Shown piece by piece: positions 1 through 13,965 of a stretch of DNA of 64,000 nt. The DNA comes from Rhynchobatus australiae (Eukaryota), in the NCBI GenBank assembly GCA_034780895.1, contig JAUZTB010000127.1:41312503-41376502 (forward strand), read 5' to 3'. Under the pieces are notes generated by a model. The model was not told where the DNA came from. It saw nothing but the letters and a program-made list of their open reading frames with translations, and made no database searches. Positions within the stretch are counted from its first letter, which is position 1. The number at the start of each line of letters is the position of its first letter. The translations under genes and the position numbers were made by a program.

Positions 1-260
1 GTAGTAAACTATTTAAGTAATTGGAGTTGGGGTTAATTCATTGATTTTATTAGCACAGGAGGTGGACTTGAAAAGTAACACATGAGGAAATGTAACATTG
101 CATGTTTGTTAATTGATGCACTGTGTGGTGGTAACACATGGACTGTGGAGAGGGTCATTCAGTCTGCATGGGGGCAGTCATTGTTCAGGCTGTTCAGAAG
201 AATCATCTCTCTGAAGTAATCCCTTATTGCCAATCTGGATATTCATCTCCCTCTAAACAT

Positions 261-772
261 CATAGAAAGCATCCAATCCGGATGCATCACGGCAACTGCT
301 CTGCCCGTAACCACAAGAAACTGAAGAGAGTTGTGGACACAGCTCAGCACATCACGGAAACCATCCTCCCCTCCATGTCTACACTTCTCGCTGCCCCAGT
401 AAAACAGACAACATAATCACAGCCCTTACCCAGCCCAGTCAATCTCTCTTCTCCCCCCTCCCATCGCGCAGAAGATACNNNNNNNNNNCACTAAGCTCAA
501 GGACAGCTTCTACCCTGCTGTTATAAGACTATTGAATGGTCCCTTAGAACGATAAGATGGACTCTTGACCTCACAATCTGCCTCATCAGGGCCTTTCACC
601 TTATTATCTGTCTGCACTGCACTTTCTTTGTAACACTTTATTCTGCATTCTGTTATCGTTTTCCCTTTGTACTACCTCAATGCACTGTTGTAATGAAATG
701 ATCTGTATGGATGGCATGTAAAACAAAGTTTTTCATTGTACCTCAGTACATGTGACAATAATAAACCAATTT
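261..772 (+). mobile_element. Rex1/Babar-type LINE, 3' fragment
   Basis: Translates (with frameshifts) to GNCSARNHKKLKRVVDTAQHITET.LPS ... SLFSPLPSRRRY ... KLKDSFYPAVIRLLN, the typical Rex1/Babar ORF2 C-terminus. Ends in the tail ACATGTGACAATAATAAACCAAT, which recurs at ~13454 (+), ~3975 (-) and ~54661 (-). Confidence 0.75.
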
Positions 773-779
773 ACATCGT

Positions 780-1760
780 GATGTTGAGCATGAACATTCC
801 CCTTGAAAACTTCGTCATCCTCCGCTTCTTGCTCCAACTAGCCTTGTGCTTTCTGGCCCTCTGGCTTTATATCTCCTGGCTGCCTTTCCTCAGGCATCAG
901 CTTTCATCTTCTGTTTGGCAGATTATATAGAATGCAGGACACTACAATAAAGTCTCTACACCCGTTAGGTGTGCACTGATGAAGGCAGCACAATTTTATT
1001 TTCAGGAGACCAGCAGAATTTTTCACATCCATCTTGTACTTACACAGCAATCGTAATGTTACTCAGCTGGAGTGTGGACAGGAGTCAAAAGCTACAGAGG
1101 AAAGCACTTGCCTCCCAAGATCTGTCCCCCAGGGCTGTGCTGGCAGATGAAAACGTCAAGCAATGCAGACTTCTGAAGGATAGAGGAGTTGTGAAAGCTG
1201 ACCATCATTTTTCTAAGAATCCATGTCCTGGACAACCAGGAAGTGGAAACCCTTTCTATTATGAACAGATCCAGATTATTCAAGGAAGCCGTTATGGGAA
1301 TGTGATGTCAGCCAATGGCTGCCTGCTTTCCAGAGAAGCAAGCAATGCTGGTAAAATCCACCACCCAAGGTTCTAACCTCTTTTCACTGAAATGATAGCA
1401 AAGGAAGTCATTCCTCAATGAACACAGAGCCTGGTGACCTCTCTAATGCTGTGGTGAGCAGTAAACTGAGAAATGTGGCGATAATCAGCAGCAGCTGCTC
1501 GGAATGAACTGAAAAAGATGAAATTGTGAATTGTTATGACCTTGACATCTTCAGACAGACGGCCCAGTCATGAGAGTGCAGCCAGAGATTGTCCCCACAG
1601 AATGTCACAGATCTCTGTTACTACAGCTTTAGAAAACCTTGAGACTGTAAACACATTGCTCATCAGAGAGGCAATCTGAGTCTTCAAAGACTACCTGTTT
1701 GTAGTGGCTTTTCAGGTGAACATTTCTGCTCTGTAGCCCTCAACCCACCACGAGTTATTT
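780..1760 (-). mobile_element. Degraded RTE-clade LINE, endonuclease/5' region
   Basis: Reverse strand near 970-990 reads CAAFISAH, resembling the RTE endonuclease (A)TIISAYAPT motif; similar to the + strand RTE remnants at 32100-33600 and 55640-56890. Confidence 0.45.
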
Positions 1761-4339
1761 ATCCCAAGCCTTGGTAATTAAGTGCTGCCAATGGTATTAC
1801 CTATTGAATGAATGTCCCAGTAGCAAATGCTCCAACAAGCATTTCCTGCTGGTATAAGTACACTCTGTTGACTTAAGGAGGCTTTTGTGAGGCTGCAGCC
1901 AGTTCTGGACTGCCTTGTGAAACAGCCCAATGTCAGCAGTGCTACTTTAACCCCAAATAAATCAAGAATATAAGTATATGCTGCTCTTAGTTCTCCTGTG
2001 ATTACTCCATGATGGCTGTTTTCTGGAGCCAAGAGCTCTAATTTATGTCAAAAGGGGCTGAAACATGTGTTCCATATAGACAAACATTATTAGGTGCATG
2101 TCTGGCATTGTGAAAATGTCAGGTACAATAAAGCAGAAGTGCCCGGTCTAATTTCACAATTGGTATGATTTCACCTGGAAATGTTCACTAATGTGATTTG
2201 CTCTGCCTAAGATTGACTTTGGATTGTGTAGTGTTGGAAATAAAATAGCGCTTCACAATCCAATTTCTGAACAAGTAATTTCAGCGTTATGAGAGCAGAT
2301 TCAACAACTTGTGACCATATTATTTTCTTATGTATTTACTCTGCCAGTTCCACTAATGTAGTATTCCCTTGGTTCCACACTGGTGACATTGCCAGACTAT
2401 GGTACTGTTTGGAGGATCAAAGCCCTCATTCCCCTTTCCCACAGGTAAAGAATACTGGCTTCTGAGACAAGGCCTAATTCCAAGAAATATTTCAACAGCA
2501 AGAGTTTAACATGTAACAGTGTTATTTGCATAACAAAAAGGAAGGAGTGTAATTTAATGTTAACCTATTGACAAGTACAATTCGGTTCTACCTAAGAGGA
2601 AATCTTCATTTGGTTTTCCTACAGTTGAGGCTTTGCCATTGGTAACAAATTACAATAGGATTTGTATAATATTCAACACAAGGAGTACTTTGATTATTTT
2701 TTACAGCTCAATTGCAGTGTTAGTTTGTTGGTTANNNNNNNNNNNNNNNNNNNNNNNNNNNNNNNNNNNNNNNNNNNNNNNNNNNNNNNNNNNNNNNNNN
2801 NNNNNNNNNNNNNNNNNNNNNNNNNNNNNNNNNNNNNNNNNNNNNNNNNNNNNNNNNNNNNNNNNNNNNNNNNNNNNNNNNNNNNNNNNNNNNNNNNNNN
2901 NNNNNNNNNNNNNNAATTAGATATCTTTATTGCAAACCCTTTGATTTTACCTCCTTTCTTTGTAGTCAGGGCTTTGAACCCTTAGTCAAAATTATCGTCA
3001 AAAATATGCATGGTTGGGGCCCAGTGGCTGGTACCAGACTCACAACCCAGAGGCGTGGACTAACAGTCCAGATATGTCAGTGCAAGTATAATTATAGCTG
3101 TTGTGGAACTTAAATTCAATTAACAATCTGGAATTTAAAATAAACTCATGTTAGTAATGATAATTGTGAAACTACCAGATCATTGTTAAAACCCATCTAG
3201 TTCACTAATGCCCTTCAGGGGAGGAAATATGTCATCCTTATCTTGTTTGGCCTTGGATGACACCAGACTAGTGGCTGACTATTGAATGCCTTCCAACAAA
3301 CCATTCAGTTGCGACACATTAAAGCTGACCAAGAATGAAACCAGATGGACCATTCAACATCAAATTCGGACTCAACAAAGTCTTTCACAGTCCAGATGAG
3401 CTTGCAAGTTCCTCCTCACGTCAGGGAACTTTTGTCTAGATTGGAAGAGCCCTCCACACACTGTTCAAGCAACAGCTTGACATAGGTGTCCTCATAGAAT
3501 CACATCTTACAGACAACATCCCAGACTTGTCTGTCACAATCCCTGTGTTCTTCCTGCTTCCCAGCAGGACAGAATCAACAGATGGAACAGTACAGTGGGA
3601 AACAGGCAGGAAGGATTAATACCAACAGTCCTCATCATTGACTCCAAACCCCACAAACTTCCATGGCATTAGGGCAAATGTGAGAATGTAAACCAGCTTC
3701 TTATGAGTACCTACTTTCTTTAAGTAACATGACGAAAAAATGGACTCTGAGTGGGGGGCTTGAATATCCATCATCAAGAGTTGTTTAATAGCATCATCAC
3801 TAAGCAAGCTGGCTAAGTGAATGACATAACTTCTAGATTGGGTTGGTGGCAGGCAGAGAAAGCAACACAAAGGATAAACCTACTAGAACTCATTCTCACT
3901 GATCTACTGCAGGTTTTAAGTGACACAACTAGCATGAAAGTGACCACCACGTAGTCTGCGTGATTAATTGGAATTGGTTTACTATTGTCACATGTACTGA
4001 GGTACAGGTAAAACCTTGTCTTGCATGGATAGGATTAAAGTCCCATCCTCACACTGAAGGTACCACTGTGCTCGTGATAAATGAGGTAGATTCAGGAGAA
4101 ATCTGTTTGTTCAAAGTGGGCATCCATGAGGTGCTGTGAACCGTCAAGCAGCAGATGATGTACACCACTATGACCTGTAACTCATGGGCTAGAGGATCAA
4201 GCTGTATGGTTCAATGATAAGGGTCATGCTGGGAGCAGCACTTAAAAAATGAGGCTTAAACCTGGAAAATCTGTAACACAAGAATGCACACATGTTGGAC
4301 ACTAATAACACATGCAATTGGCAGATTCAAGTGATTCCT

Positions 4340-4810
4340 GATTCATTCTTCCACCTCTACCCTTCTCCCAACACCATGCCCTTGCAACTGCAGGTGAGGT
4401 GCAACACCTATCTTTTACCTCTCTCTCTTCCTCCATCCAAGGACCAAAATACTCATACCAGATGAAGCAGTGCTTCACATATTTCTTTCAATTTAGTGTA
4501 CTACATTCTGCACTTGTAATGTGGTCTCCTCTTCACTGGAGAAATCAAACATAAATCACTTTGCAGAACAATTCCATTCAGTCCACAAGGGCTCCTCTGA
4601 GTTTCCAGTCAGCTGTCACTTTCATCCTCAATCCCATGCTGACATCTGTCTTTGGCCTCTTACACTGTTCCAATGAAGCCCAACACAAGCTTAAGAAACA
4701 GGATCTTCAATGAAGCATGTTACAGCCTTCATGATATCATATTCAAGAATTTCAGATACCTAGCCTGGCCAGTTCTGATGAAAGGTCATCAACCTGCATG
4801 GTTGACTCTG

Positions 4811-4848
<38 letters not shown>

Positions 4849-4895
4849 GTTCTCTGACACTGAGTATTTCTGGCACATTCTTTTTATTTCGGATG
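4340..4895 (+). mobile_element. Penelope-like element remnant (GIY-YIG region plus hammerhead-bearing terminus)
   Basis: QMKQCFTY..FNLV.(Y)..CGLL.TGEIK..HFAE matches the GIY-YIG segment at 16387; followed by CTGATGAAAGGTCATCAACCTGCATG (degenerate hammerhead, 4775) and the shared terminal repeat. Confidence 0.7.
4814..4846. repeat. (CT)n microsatellite
   Basis: About 16 CT units, seen directly. Confidence 0.95.
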
Positions 4896-5044
4896 TATAG
4901 AGCAACTACAATTTTTNNNTGTAACAAGGCATGGGTGATAAGTGGCTAGTAACATTCACGCCACAAAGGGGCCAGGCAATGAACAGCTCCAACAAAAGAG
5001 AGACTATCCATCTCCTCTTGACTTTCAATGGTATTACCTTGCCA

Positions 5045-5119
5045 AGTCTGCCACCATCAATTTCATGGGTAGGGATTTGCCAGTCTGCCACCATCAATTT
5101 CATGGGTAGGGATTTGCCA
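5045..5119. repeat. 37-bp perfect tandem duplication
   Basis: AGTCTGCCACCATCAATTTCATGGGTAGGGATTTGCC occurs twice in tandem (5045 and 5082). Confidence 0.9.
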
Positions 5120-8100
5120 CTGAATAGAAACATAACTTGATATCACATACAAGAACAGGTCAGAGGCTGTGTAACCTCCACTGAGTGCCTCAACTCCTGC
5201 CATTGCAAAGCCTTTTCATAATCTCCATGTCACAAATCAGAGCAACAATACCCTCCACCTACCTGGATGAGTACAGTTCCACAACATTCAGGAAGTTCTA
5301 ACAACATGTAGGACTATCCACCATTCAAAGCATTCACTCCTTCCACACCAGTGTGCTGTAGACCAGCTACAAAATTTACTGCAGGTACTAGTCCAGGCTA
5401 CTTTGACAGCAACTCCACCATCAAGAAAGACAAGGGAAAAAGATGCACAAGAACACCAGTACCTGCAGGTTTCCCTCAAACTTGAACACCTTCCCGACCT
5501 GGAGATATGTCATCAGTTAATCATCATTTCTGTGGTCCATGCCCTTAGGCTCCTGTATCTTCTACCCGACGGGAGGGGGGAGAAGAGGGAATGTCCCGAG
5601 TGGGGCAGGCATGGTAGTGTAGTGGTTTAGATTCTCATCATTTTCAATATGTTCATCTTTTTTTGCGTGCTGTCCGTCAGTTTGTGGGGTTTGGGTCTAA
5701 ATTCTGGAACTCCCTCCCCAGTAGCTGTGTGGGAGTAACTTCACCAGAAGGACTGCAGCAGTTCCAGAAGGCAGCTCACCCCCAGCATTCTGAGGGTAAT
5801 TAGGGATGGGCAATAAATGCTGACCTTGCCAGCAACAATCACATCCTGATAAAATGATAAAGAAATAAATCACTTGCTGAAAGTTATGCAAGAACTAGTA
5901 AGAACTTGCTGAACTTTTGCCCTTGTGGTACCTGGTGCTGTGGACAGTAATTGATCAGCAGAACAGTGATTCCAAATTATCAGGACAGTTATTCCAGATG
6001 GACCCTAGACAATATTTCCAGCTGATCATCAAAGCACTAATCAGCAGCACAGGAATTCCAGTTTCCTGTGGGCATGTATTTGGCATCAATACTAGAATAG
6101 AGATCTGGAATGCAAATAACTCTTCAGGTTTGATCCTGGATTCTTCACTCTGTATGCATAGAGACCATAATGAACATTCCCCTAATAATTCTGATTCTAA
6201 AAAGAGATTCTGTGCNNNNNNNNNNNNNNNNNNNNNNNNNNNNNNNNNNNNNNNNNNNNNNNNNNNNNNNNNNNNNNNNNNNNNNNNNNNNNNNNNNNNN
6301 NNNNNNNNNNNNNNNGATTCTGTGCAACAATAATAATGAAACACAATAATAAAAATCAATAAAAATCAAATGATCTAACCTGAATTTTAATATGTAAAAG
6401 TCTACACTCAAAAAAAACTTTTGAAGTTAGAACTCCTGTATCATTGCCCACACTTCATTACAGATAAGGCACCAAGATGGAACCAAAGTACAACAATAAT
6501 GTTCTGCCGGAGATAAATGTGGTTCGATTTGCAAATTGTATACAATACTACATTTGTTAAAAGAGCTAATGACAGCACATTGATGCTGCACTTCCTTTTT
6601 AATTTATAATGACAGGTTATCCAATTTGGATCACTTCACTTACTTCTATTATGTGTAATTAGAATGTCAAAAAAGTACTGGACTTACATGGCTGGAACTA
6701 ACTCTGTTATTAACTGTAATCAAAATTGCCCATATCCCTGCAGCTCCACAATAATTAGATTTTTGCCTCCAAGGAACAGGGTCAACTTTTAACATATCTA
6801 TTCAAGTCCATTATGAATTTTTGGGTTTAGCCTGCAAGAGATCCTGGTGCACAGTACTTAATTAAACCATTTTGCCTCCTGAAATCTCAGAGGCTAAATA
6901 AAAAGTGCAGTGTAATCTATACAATATCTGGAAGGCTGCAGCTTCAGAGCCTTTGATGGACTGAGTTAACAAGCCTTAGCTGTGGCAACTGTCCAGAAAC
7001 CACAGGACTTTCCTTTGTCACATCCAATAGAATGGATAATAACATTTTCTGTTGGCACAGTTTGAACAACAAATCTGCTTCCTTGGAAAAGATATTAAAT
7101 TGCATTTTAAATACCCAGTAGATTTGAAGACAATAGCTTTGAGTCACAAGAAATATGACATTGGTTTGAGGATCTGTAAGAAGAGCAGAAAGGTGTGCAG
7201 CCACATTCTGTGCAGGGAGGCAGAGTGAGCTCAGCTGTATCAACAGCAGCTCAGAAGGGTTTGGTTCTTCAGGTGCCACACTACTCTTAGTAGACTTTTT
7301 ACCCACACCAAAAAATGGAAATGATGTAGGCCATTAAAATGCTTGAGGGATCTGCCATTCAGTTAGATCAAGACTGATCTGTGACATAACTCCATCTAAC
7401 CATCTTAGACAAGCTTCCATAAATGGAAGTCTTGAAGTCTGTCATGGTGACATCCAGAAGCGTATTAGAGGTAGGTAAATGACCTACCTCTGATTTTGAT
7501 ATGCCTTTTTGTTCTGGTCTCCCAATTAATAAACAATCAGAAATAGTTTCACCATGTCGACCCAACCAACTCTTTAAATCATTTTAAACAACATTAAAAC
7601 TAGATTCAATCACTCCATCATCTTCTAAGTGAAGGGGTTAAAGTCATCAAAAGTTAACCCTTCTGATCTCAGAACCTTCTCACCTCAAGATGTCAATCTT
7701 GGTAATGGATGAATTGCCTGATTGCCTTCAATTTATGAGCTTGATCGGTAGCTATTGAGGGGTTAAGAAGAAACGTAATGTGGATTTTGGTCAAAGCCTC
7801 TAAGATGGCAATGAAAGGCAAACTTCGAAGCCACTAATGGAGCAAATTAAATAATGATCAGATATGAGATCATTCCAAAATGCAAGAAAGACAATTTGGC
7901 TACATTAGAATGTTAGATAAATATTCACATAACATAGAACTTTTCAGGTTTAGTGGTTAACCAATAAAGAAGTGATTAAAAAGTTAAACAAGATAGGCTT
8001 ATTAACACTGCAGGAAGTCGAAGAATTATGTAGTAATGTGCTGCTGAGTAAAAGCAAATCATAAGCTGTAAAATTCCTGCAATTTTCTCTTCAATATTTA

Positions 8101-11100
8101 CTTTTTTAGTCATGGTACATATATATGCTGGTATTTTCTTCCATGTAATCATCTAATCTAATTCTACAATACTACTTGATCCACATAATTTTTAATATTC
8201 TTTTTATAAGTCATTAAAAAAGCACAGATTCTGCTTCAATGTTTTTGGCAGTGAAATGCTACAATCAAACCATCTGCTATGCAAAAACATTCCTGAAAGC
8301 TCCACTTGGAAGTCTTTTTGTGATTATCTTCAATCTATGCATTCTTGTTGCCATCTCATTGAAAATGACAACCCAGCAAAATCATAAAGACTTCTGTCAG
8401 ATTAACCCTTAACCTTCTCAGTTTCAGCAGAACAAAAACCCCTATTCCCTATCCATCTCTTCATTAGTGCAACCCTTCATCCTTGCTAACAACCTCATCC
8501 AAACTTTTCCATAAGAAACCTAATCCTGAATATAACAAGCAGTGAAGGGGATCCTTTTAGATATCCAACCTGTTATCCCAAAGCAATTCTCATTGCACTT
8601 TGCCATTTTAGATTCATTGACCAATTTTACATTACAATAATTTCTTTCCAAAGTACATATTCTCTTCTATATACTAAGAATGGCCTACTCAACACAGATA
8701 TCTGTGGAATATTACTATACATTAGTAAACTATAATTCTGAACTTTGATTTACTGTACTTTCAATACGTAACCTATAAACAGAAGGCAGATCAGGAACAG
8801 AAATAGGCCATTCAGTCCCATTTGTTTGCTGCATTATTTGAATGATCATGGCTAATCCACGCGTGAACACTACAGTCTGGAGGTTGAATCTNNNNNNNNN
8901 NNNNNNNNNNNNNNNNNNNNNNNNNNNNNNNNNNNNNNNNNCACTCAGTGTGATGGAATTAAATTAATGTGCTGTAATAATATATGTTATATATTAAAAT
9001 AATACTATTTATGCCAATGTAATATGCATGCATGTAAAACACACTTTACATTAGCAACCTGTCAACTACACTAACAGATCATTCATGGATGGTTTATTCC
9101 AGAGTGTGCCCCACTGGAGTAAGGGAAGGAATGGAGCCCAGAATGAAAGTGGGTAGCATGTAATTACCATTCTCTGACAATCAAATGCACCTCTGGAAAC
9201 GAATCACAAACAATCATAAATTATTTGTATTAAGGCATACTTAGTCACAGAGCAAAGGATCACAGGAACCGCATGAAGCCAAAGGGTAGGATAATCACCA
9301 GCAACTCAACTGGGAACTGCCAACTCAACAATGACCTCATAGACAGGACAGAAGAGAATATTAAGAACACTGGAGCATAGGTGCCACAAAAGAGAGTAAT
9401 AGTCCTTCTTGCTGGCTGACTTTCTTTCTCTAACCAACCTATTATTTGAAATTTATGGTATACCGGTTGCAACTTTGCTCATATAATGCTGACTGAAAAG
9501 CAAAAGTAATTGATTAAATGTCTCATGGATGTGAATGTGCTGCATAAACCAAAGGCCCAAAAATTATTACGTAGAGGGATGGGGAATACGTGATGTCCTG
9601 CTGCAAAGTTCTGTTGCTTATAGATGGAGCTATGCACTCATTTCAGTGGCTTCAAATCCATCTGGGCAATTTCACTTCCAGCCTACCTGAAGCAGACCTC
9701 ATATTCATAGCAAAGACCAGCCACTGCAGAAGTGGGTCATGTCACTTGTAGGCCATAGATGAACAACAGAATTTGCAGATGTGGCATTAAACAACATTTT
9801 ATGTCACTGGACATTTCTGCATGTAACCAGGCCCAGCACATCAAGTGCAAGGGGAGCTGTGCAGTAAATACTCGATCACCTTTCTTCTAAAATACTATAA
9901 TGTGGCACACTTAAACACTGTGCTATGCAATAGAATTTCCAGGCTAACTTCTTTCTAATTCCCACTGAAACCCAAGTAACATGTAAACAACTGGCAAGGT
10001 TTCCCAATACCAGCTAATAAAAAAACATCAAATGTTCTTAACTTCAAAATTATGCCTTTGCCTCCTGTTAGGGGGAGCTTCAGAATGCAAAGTGTGGGCA
10101 AGTCTGGAATCTTTCATCCATTATTTTGAGATGATTTGGCAACATTGTAGAAGAGGAGGAGTGAAAGGAGTCTCAAATTAAAGCAACATTCCCCTCAGGT
10201 GATTTTCTTCCTCAACAACAGAATTTTTCTTTTCACAAGGAGCCTGGTGGAGTGCCATTAATTTTAGGCTGAATGCTGCTGGGGGGATAATACACAACTA
10301 ATATATTTTACTGGTCTTTAATGGGCAGAGTTGCGCCTTGCCAATCTTTAATGGTACTTCTGAAGACACACAGTAACTTTGAAATTTATATCACCTGGAC
10401 AATTCCAGTATTACAAGGCTTGCACCTCCCTTTACAACACCACAGATGCTAATAAGTGATTCCAGATGTTTCATAAATAAGCTTGAGGAGAACAGATGAC
10501 AAGCCTTGACATGCAGAAGCAATGGCTGCAAAACTGATAAGAGTCTTGAGCAATTTTTTGAAAGTGGGGGTAGAGAGCTTTTGGGAGGGATTCTCAAAAT
10601 TTAATATTGAAAAGACTAAAGTTTCTGCCACTGGCGGTTGGACAAAAAGTGGCCGCATGTTATTTAAAAGTCCACAGTTAGAAGAATAAAATGTTTGCAA
10701 TAGCAGATTGGGATACAGAGGATTGAATGGGGCAAAGTCAGGGTGAGATTTTATAGATCCAAAAAAAACTTGCATTTCGATAGCACCTTTCAGGCCATCC
10801 GAGAGTGTTATACTGTCAATGAAGTACAACAACAATTACACAGAAAATTAAATGTGGGATATGAAGTAGCCATTTTATGCAAAGCAAAACACATCAAACA
10901 TCAATGTGATAATAATCAAGTAATTTTTAAAAATCTTGTATAATAAGGACAATTATTTTGAAATTAATGTATTGGGGACAAGGAGTCAATGCANNNNNNN
11001 NNNNNNNNNNNNNNNNNNNNNNNNNNNNNNNNNNNNNNNNNNNNNNNNNNNNNATTATGTACCAGAAGGCACCTGTAATATGTGCCGGATGGGAGATCTG

Positions 11101-11149
11101 CAAAGATTTAGAGGATTCAAGTATTAAGGTGACAAATACTTCATCATTC

Positions 11150-11370
11150 TAAATGTTTAAGGATTATATTCTATAATTCTCCTCCATGTTTTCAAATCAC
11201 AACATGGCCTTGCCAATTTGGCCTCTCACACATTCTATTTTTCATTATTCCACTATATTATGTATACTTAGGCCCAAAGGTCTTTTTCTTTAAGATTTGG
11301 CAGTTTGGTGTCAAATATTTTAGCTAACACTCCTGTTAAAGATGCTATAAAAATGGAAATGGTTGGTGTT
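11150..11370 (+). mobile_element. L2-type LINE 3' remnant
   Basis: Tail TTTGGTGTCAAATATTTT...ACTCCTGTTAAAGATGCTATAAAAATG resembles the L2-like tail at 13980-14060. Confidence 0.45.
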
Positions 11371-12319
11371 TTAGCTATGATTGGGTCGATGTATGATTGC
11401 AAGTGGCTTTGATATTAAGAATCAAGTCACACATATAGCTGAGTAGCCAGTTGTCTCTGCTGCCACCAACCTAATGACTTTCACAACAGATCCGAGCAGT
11501 AACAATTTACAGGTGTACTCCTGCCTTCTTGACATTTTTGCCAGGGAAATGGAATCAAATGAACAAAATGTAACTTTGGTCTTGTTAATCACCATCTGCA
11601 TTCTTGGAATACCAGATGGTGTGCATCCTGTTGGATCCCATATCCACTGTTCAAATATCACAGCCTCTGAGAAATGCCACTGACTGGGACAACTCCTTGG
11701 TCAAGGCCAGTGAGCCAACAATTCATGTGGAAAAGACTATGGCTGGAAATAAATTCAGAAATCCACTGGCCAGGTACATCTCGAACAAGTGTGGGGAGGG
11801 AGGAGGCGGGGAGAGGAGGGGATAGTCAAAGACAGTCCTCAGCTAGAGTGGGTTCCTTCACATTCAAAAGGAAGTAAAGATGATTAAAATTGAAGGAGCT
11901 TCCTTCAGCTATGGGGATATGTAGAGCTTACAGTGTTTATTATGGTCAACCTTGGCTGGTATTTATCCAAAAGGGATGCTATGTAACGAGTGTATATTGA
12001 AACTGATTTTGTTCCTGGATGCTCAGGCATCTCATTTTCTCTAGGAACATCTTGTGCTAAGCCATGGAGTGGCAAACTTCCAGATTTACCATCCATGTGC
12101 TTTAATGTTAGTTCAGTTTTCAGCTGTTCTTAGATGGGGGGGGGGGGGGGGGGGTCCGGGCACGNNNNNNNNNNNNNNNNNNNNNNNNNNNNNNNNNNNN
12201 NNNNNNNNNNNNNNNNNNNNNNNNNNNNNNNNNNNNNNNNNNNNNNNNNNNNNNNNNNNNNNNNGGTAAGGGAAAGGAAGGAAAAGGATGGCCAACTTGT
12301 CATCTGGGTTGAAAATCAA

Positions 12320-12480
12320 AGTAAGTGCAGATGTTGGAAATCTAAGATAAAAGTAGAAAATGATGGAAAGATACTAGATTAGGCTGCACCTGTAGTCTTC
12401 AACCTTAACTGTTAACTCTGTTTCTCTTACCACAGATGCAGCCTGACATGTTGGCGATTTCCAGCATTTTCTCTTTTTAT
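12320..12480. mobile_element. Degenerate inverted (fold-back) copy of the Penelope-derived short repeat
   Basis: TGCAGATGTTGGAAATCTAAGATAAAAGTAGAAAATG... on the left and ...CCACAGATGCAGCCTGACATGTTGGCGATTTCCAGCATTTTCT on the right are opposite orientations of the same terminus. Confidence 0.6.
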
Positions 12481-12886
12481 TATCATCTGTGTTCATGGAA
12501 GATGTACATGGGTAAAGAAGGTGAAGGGTCAGAAAAAGTGTAAAGATAAAAGGGTAAGGCATAATTGTATTTTAACACATCAAATTAATTCTAAGAGATA
12601 TTTTTTTTGAAAATGTACAATAAAGTCTTGATTATAGACTCTGATAAGTATTCAAATGATCTTTATGTTATTCTGTTATTTCTTTCTGATCAAAAAATTA
12701 AATTAAAACTAATGCTAAGCCTCACGCATAAAAATACTTAGTGGGGCACTCAGTCATATTGATTAAAAAGCTCCAGGCTCCTTCAGCTCTGACCTCTTAC
12801 ATATCCCTGATTTTCATTAGTCCATCATCAGCAGCCATTCCTTCAGCTTTCTAGACTATAAGCTCCATAATTTCATGAAACACCTT

Positions 12887-13350
12887 CAGTGGCACGCAAA
12901 ACTTTGGACATCCCTGTCAAAATTTCTGTTACTGTGAATAGCTAAGCGAGTAAAAGATGACCTGATTTCCAAAAGCCATAAAGTTAAAGATGACATATTT
13001 CTTTAATACTTTAAGCAAGATTACTTTTTTATTTCCATCTTTTACAGTTTCAAAATAACAGAAAAGGAAAAGGGCCCAAGCAAAAGTTTGGGCACCCTAC
13101 ATGGTCAGTACTTAGTAACACCCCCTTTGGCAAGTATCACAGCTTGTAAATGCTTTCTGTAGCCAGCTAAGAGTCTNNNNNNNNNNNNNNNNNNNNNNNN
13201 NNNNNNNNNNNNNNNNNNNNNNNNNNNNNNNNNNNNNNNNNNNNNNNNNNNNNNNNNNNNNNNNNNNNNNNNNNNNCATCTTTTACTCGCTTAGCTATTC
13301 ACAGTAACAGAAATTTTGACCAGGGGTGCCCAAACTTTTGCATGCCACTG
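12887..13350. mobile_element. Tc1/mariner transposon of IR/DR type (interior in an assembly gap)
   Basis: Starts CAGTGGCACGCAAAACTTTGG and ends CCAAACTTTTGCATGCCACTG followed by TA. About 70 bp of near-perfect inverted repeat is visible on both sides. Inner direct repeat CAAAAGTTTGGGCACCCT at 13081-13098; 100-N gap at 13177-13276. Confidence 0.9.
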
Positions 13351-13479
13351 TATCTCTCGTTCTTCCTTTAAGATACTCCTTAAACTTGTCTCTTTGACCA
13401 AGTTTTAATCACCTGCCCCAATATACTAATGAAGCCTCAAATGGAGGATTAAAGTGACAATAATAAACCAATACCAATT

Positions 13480-13965
13480 CTAATTGGCTCATTATATGAA
13501 TGACGTGAAGACACTAAAGAGGGCTCAGAAAAGATTTAGAATGGCTATTGAGATGAGCGACTTAGGTACAGGGACAGATTGGAGAGGTTCTAGCTGTTTC
13601 CTTTGGAGGTAAAAAAGGCTGAGGGAAGATCTGATAGAAGTATATAAAATGATGAGTCATCTGGACAGAGTAGATAGCTTCTGACTGGTGGAGGGGTTGA
13701 GGATTAGAGGTCACAGGTATAAGACATAGGCAAAGAGAATTAGCAATGACAAAGGAAAATCTTTCTTATGCAACATGTAGTTAGAATCAGCCGGCTGATG
13801 TAGTGAAGGTAAATTCCATTATGGCCTTCAAGAGAGAATTGGACTAGAATATGGTGGAGTAAATATATGCAAGGCTGCAGAGAAAGGGCAGTGGGTGAAA
13901 CTACAGCCAGTATAGACATACAATGAGCCAAACTGCCTCCTCCTGTCCTGTAACCATTCTATGAT
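13480..13965 (+). mobile_element. CR1 (HER1-like) LINE 3' fragment
   Basis: RLREDLIEVYKMM-type motif (AGGCTGAGGGAAGATCTGATAGAAGTATATAAAATGATG) and CR1 3' UTR ending CCATTCTATGATT. Confidence 0.8.

Larger units (their letters stand above)
3050..5860 (+). mobile_element. CR1-group (CR1/L2-like) LINE remnant, interrupted by a Penelope-like insertion
   Basis: Endonuclease-like QQLDIGVLIESHLTDNIPD (~3470-3525); RT C-terminal MGDKWLVTFTP at 4931; 3' tail GGGATGGGCAATAAATGCTGACCTTGCCAGC at ~5802-5832, shared with copies at ~28382 and ~55520. Confidence 0.65.

Noticed and set aside
6206-6325. GATTCTGTGC repeated on both sides of a gap (possible target duplication)
   Set aside because: The intervening sequence is unknown, so it cannot be told apart from a contig overlap.
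12136-12154. Poly-G run as a G-quadruplex
   Set aside because: Lies next to a contig end; may be a sequencing artefact or simple homopolymer.
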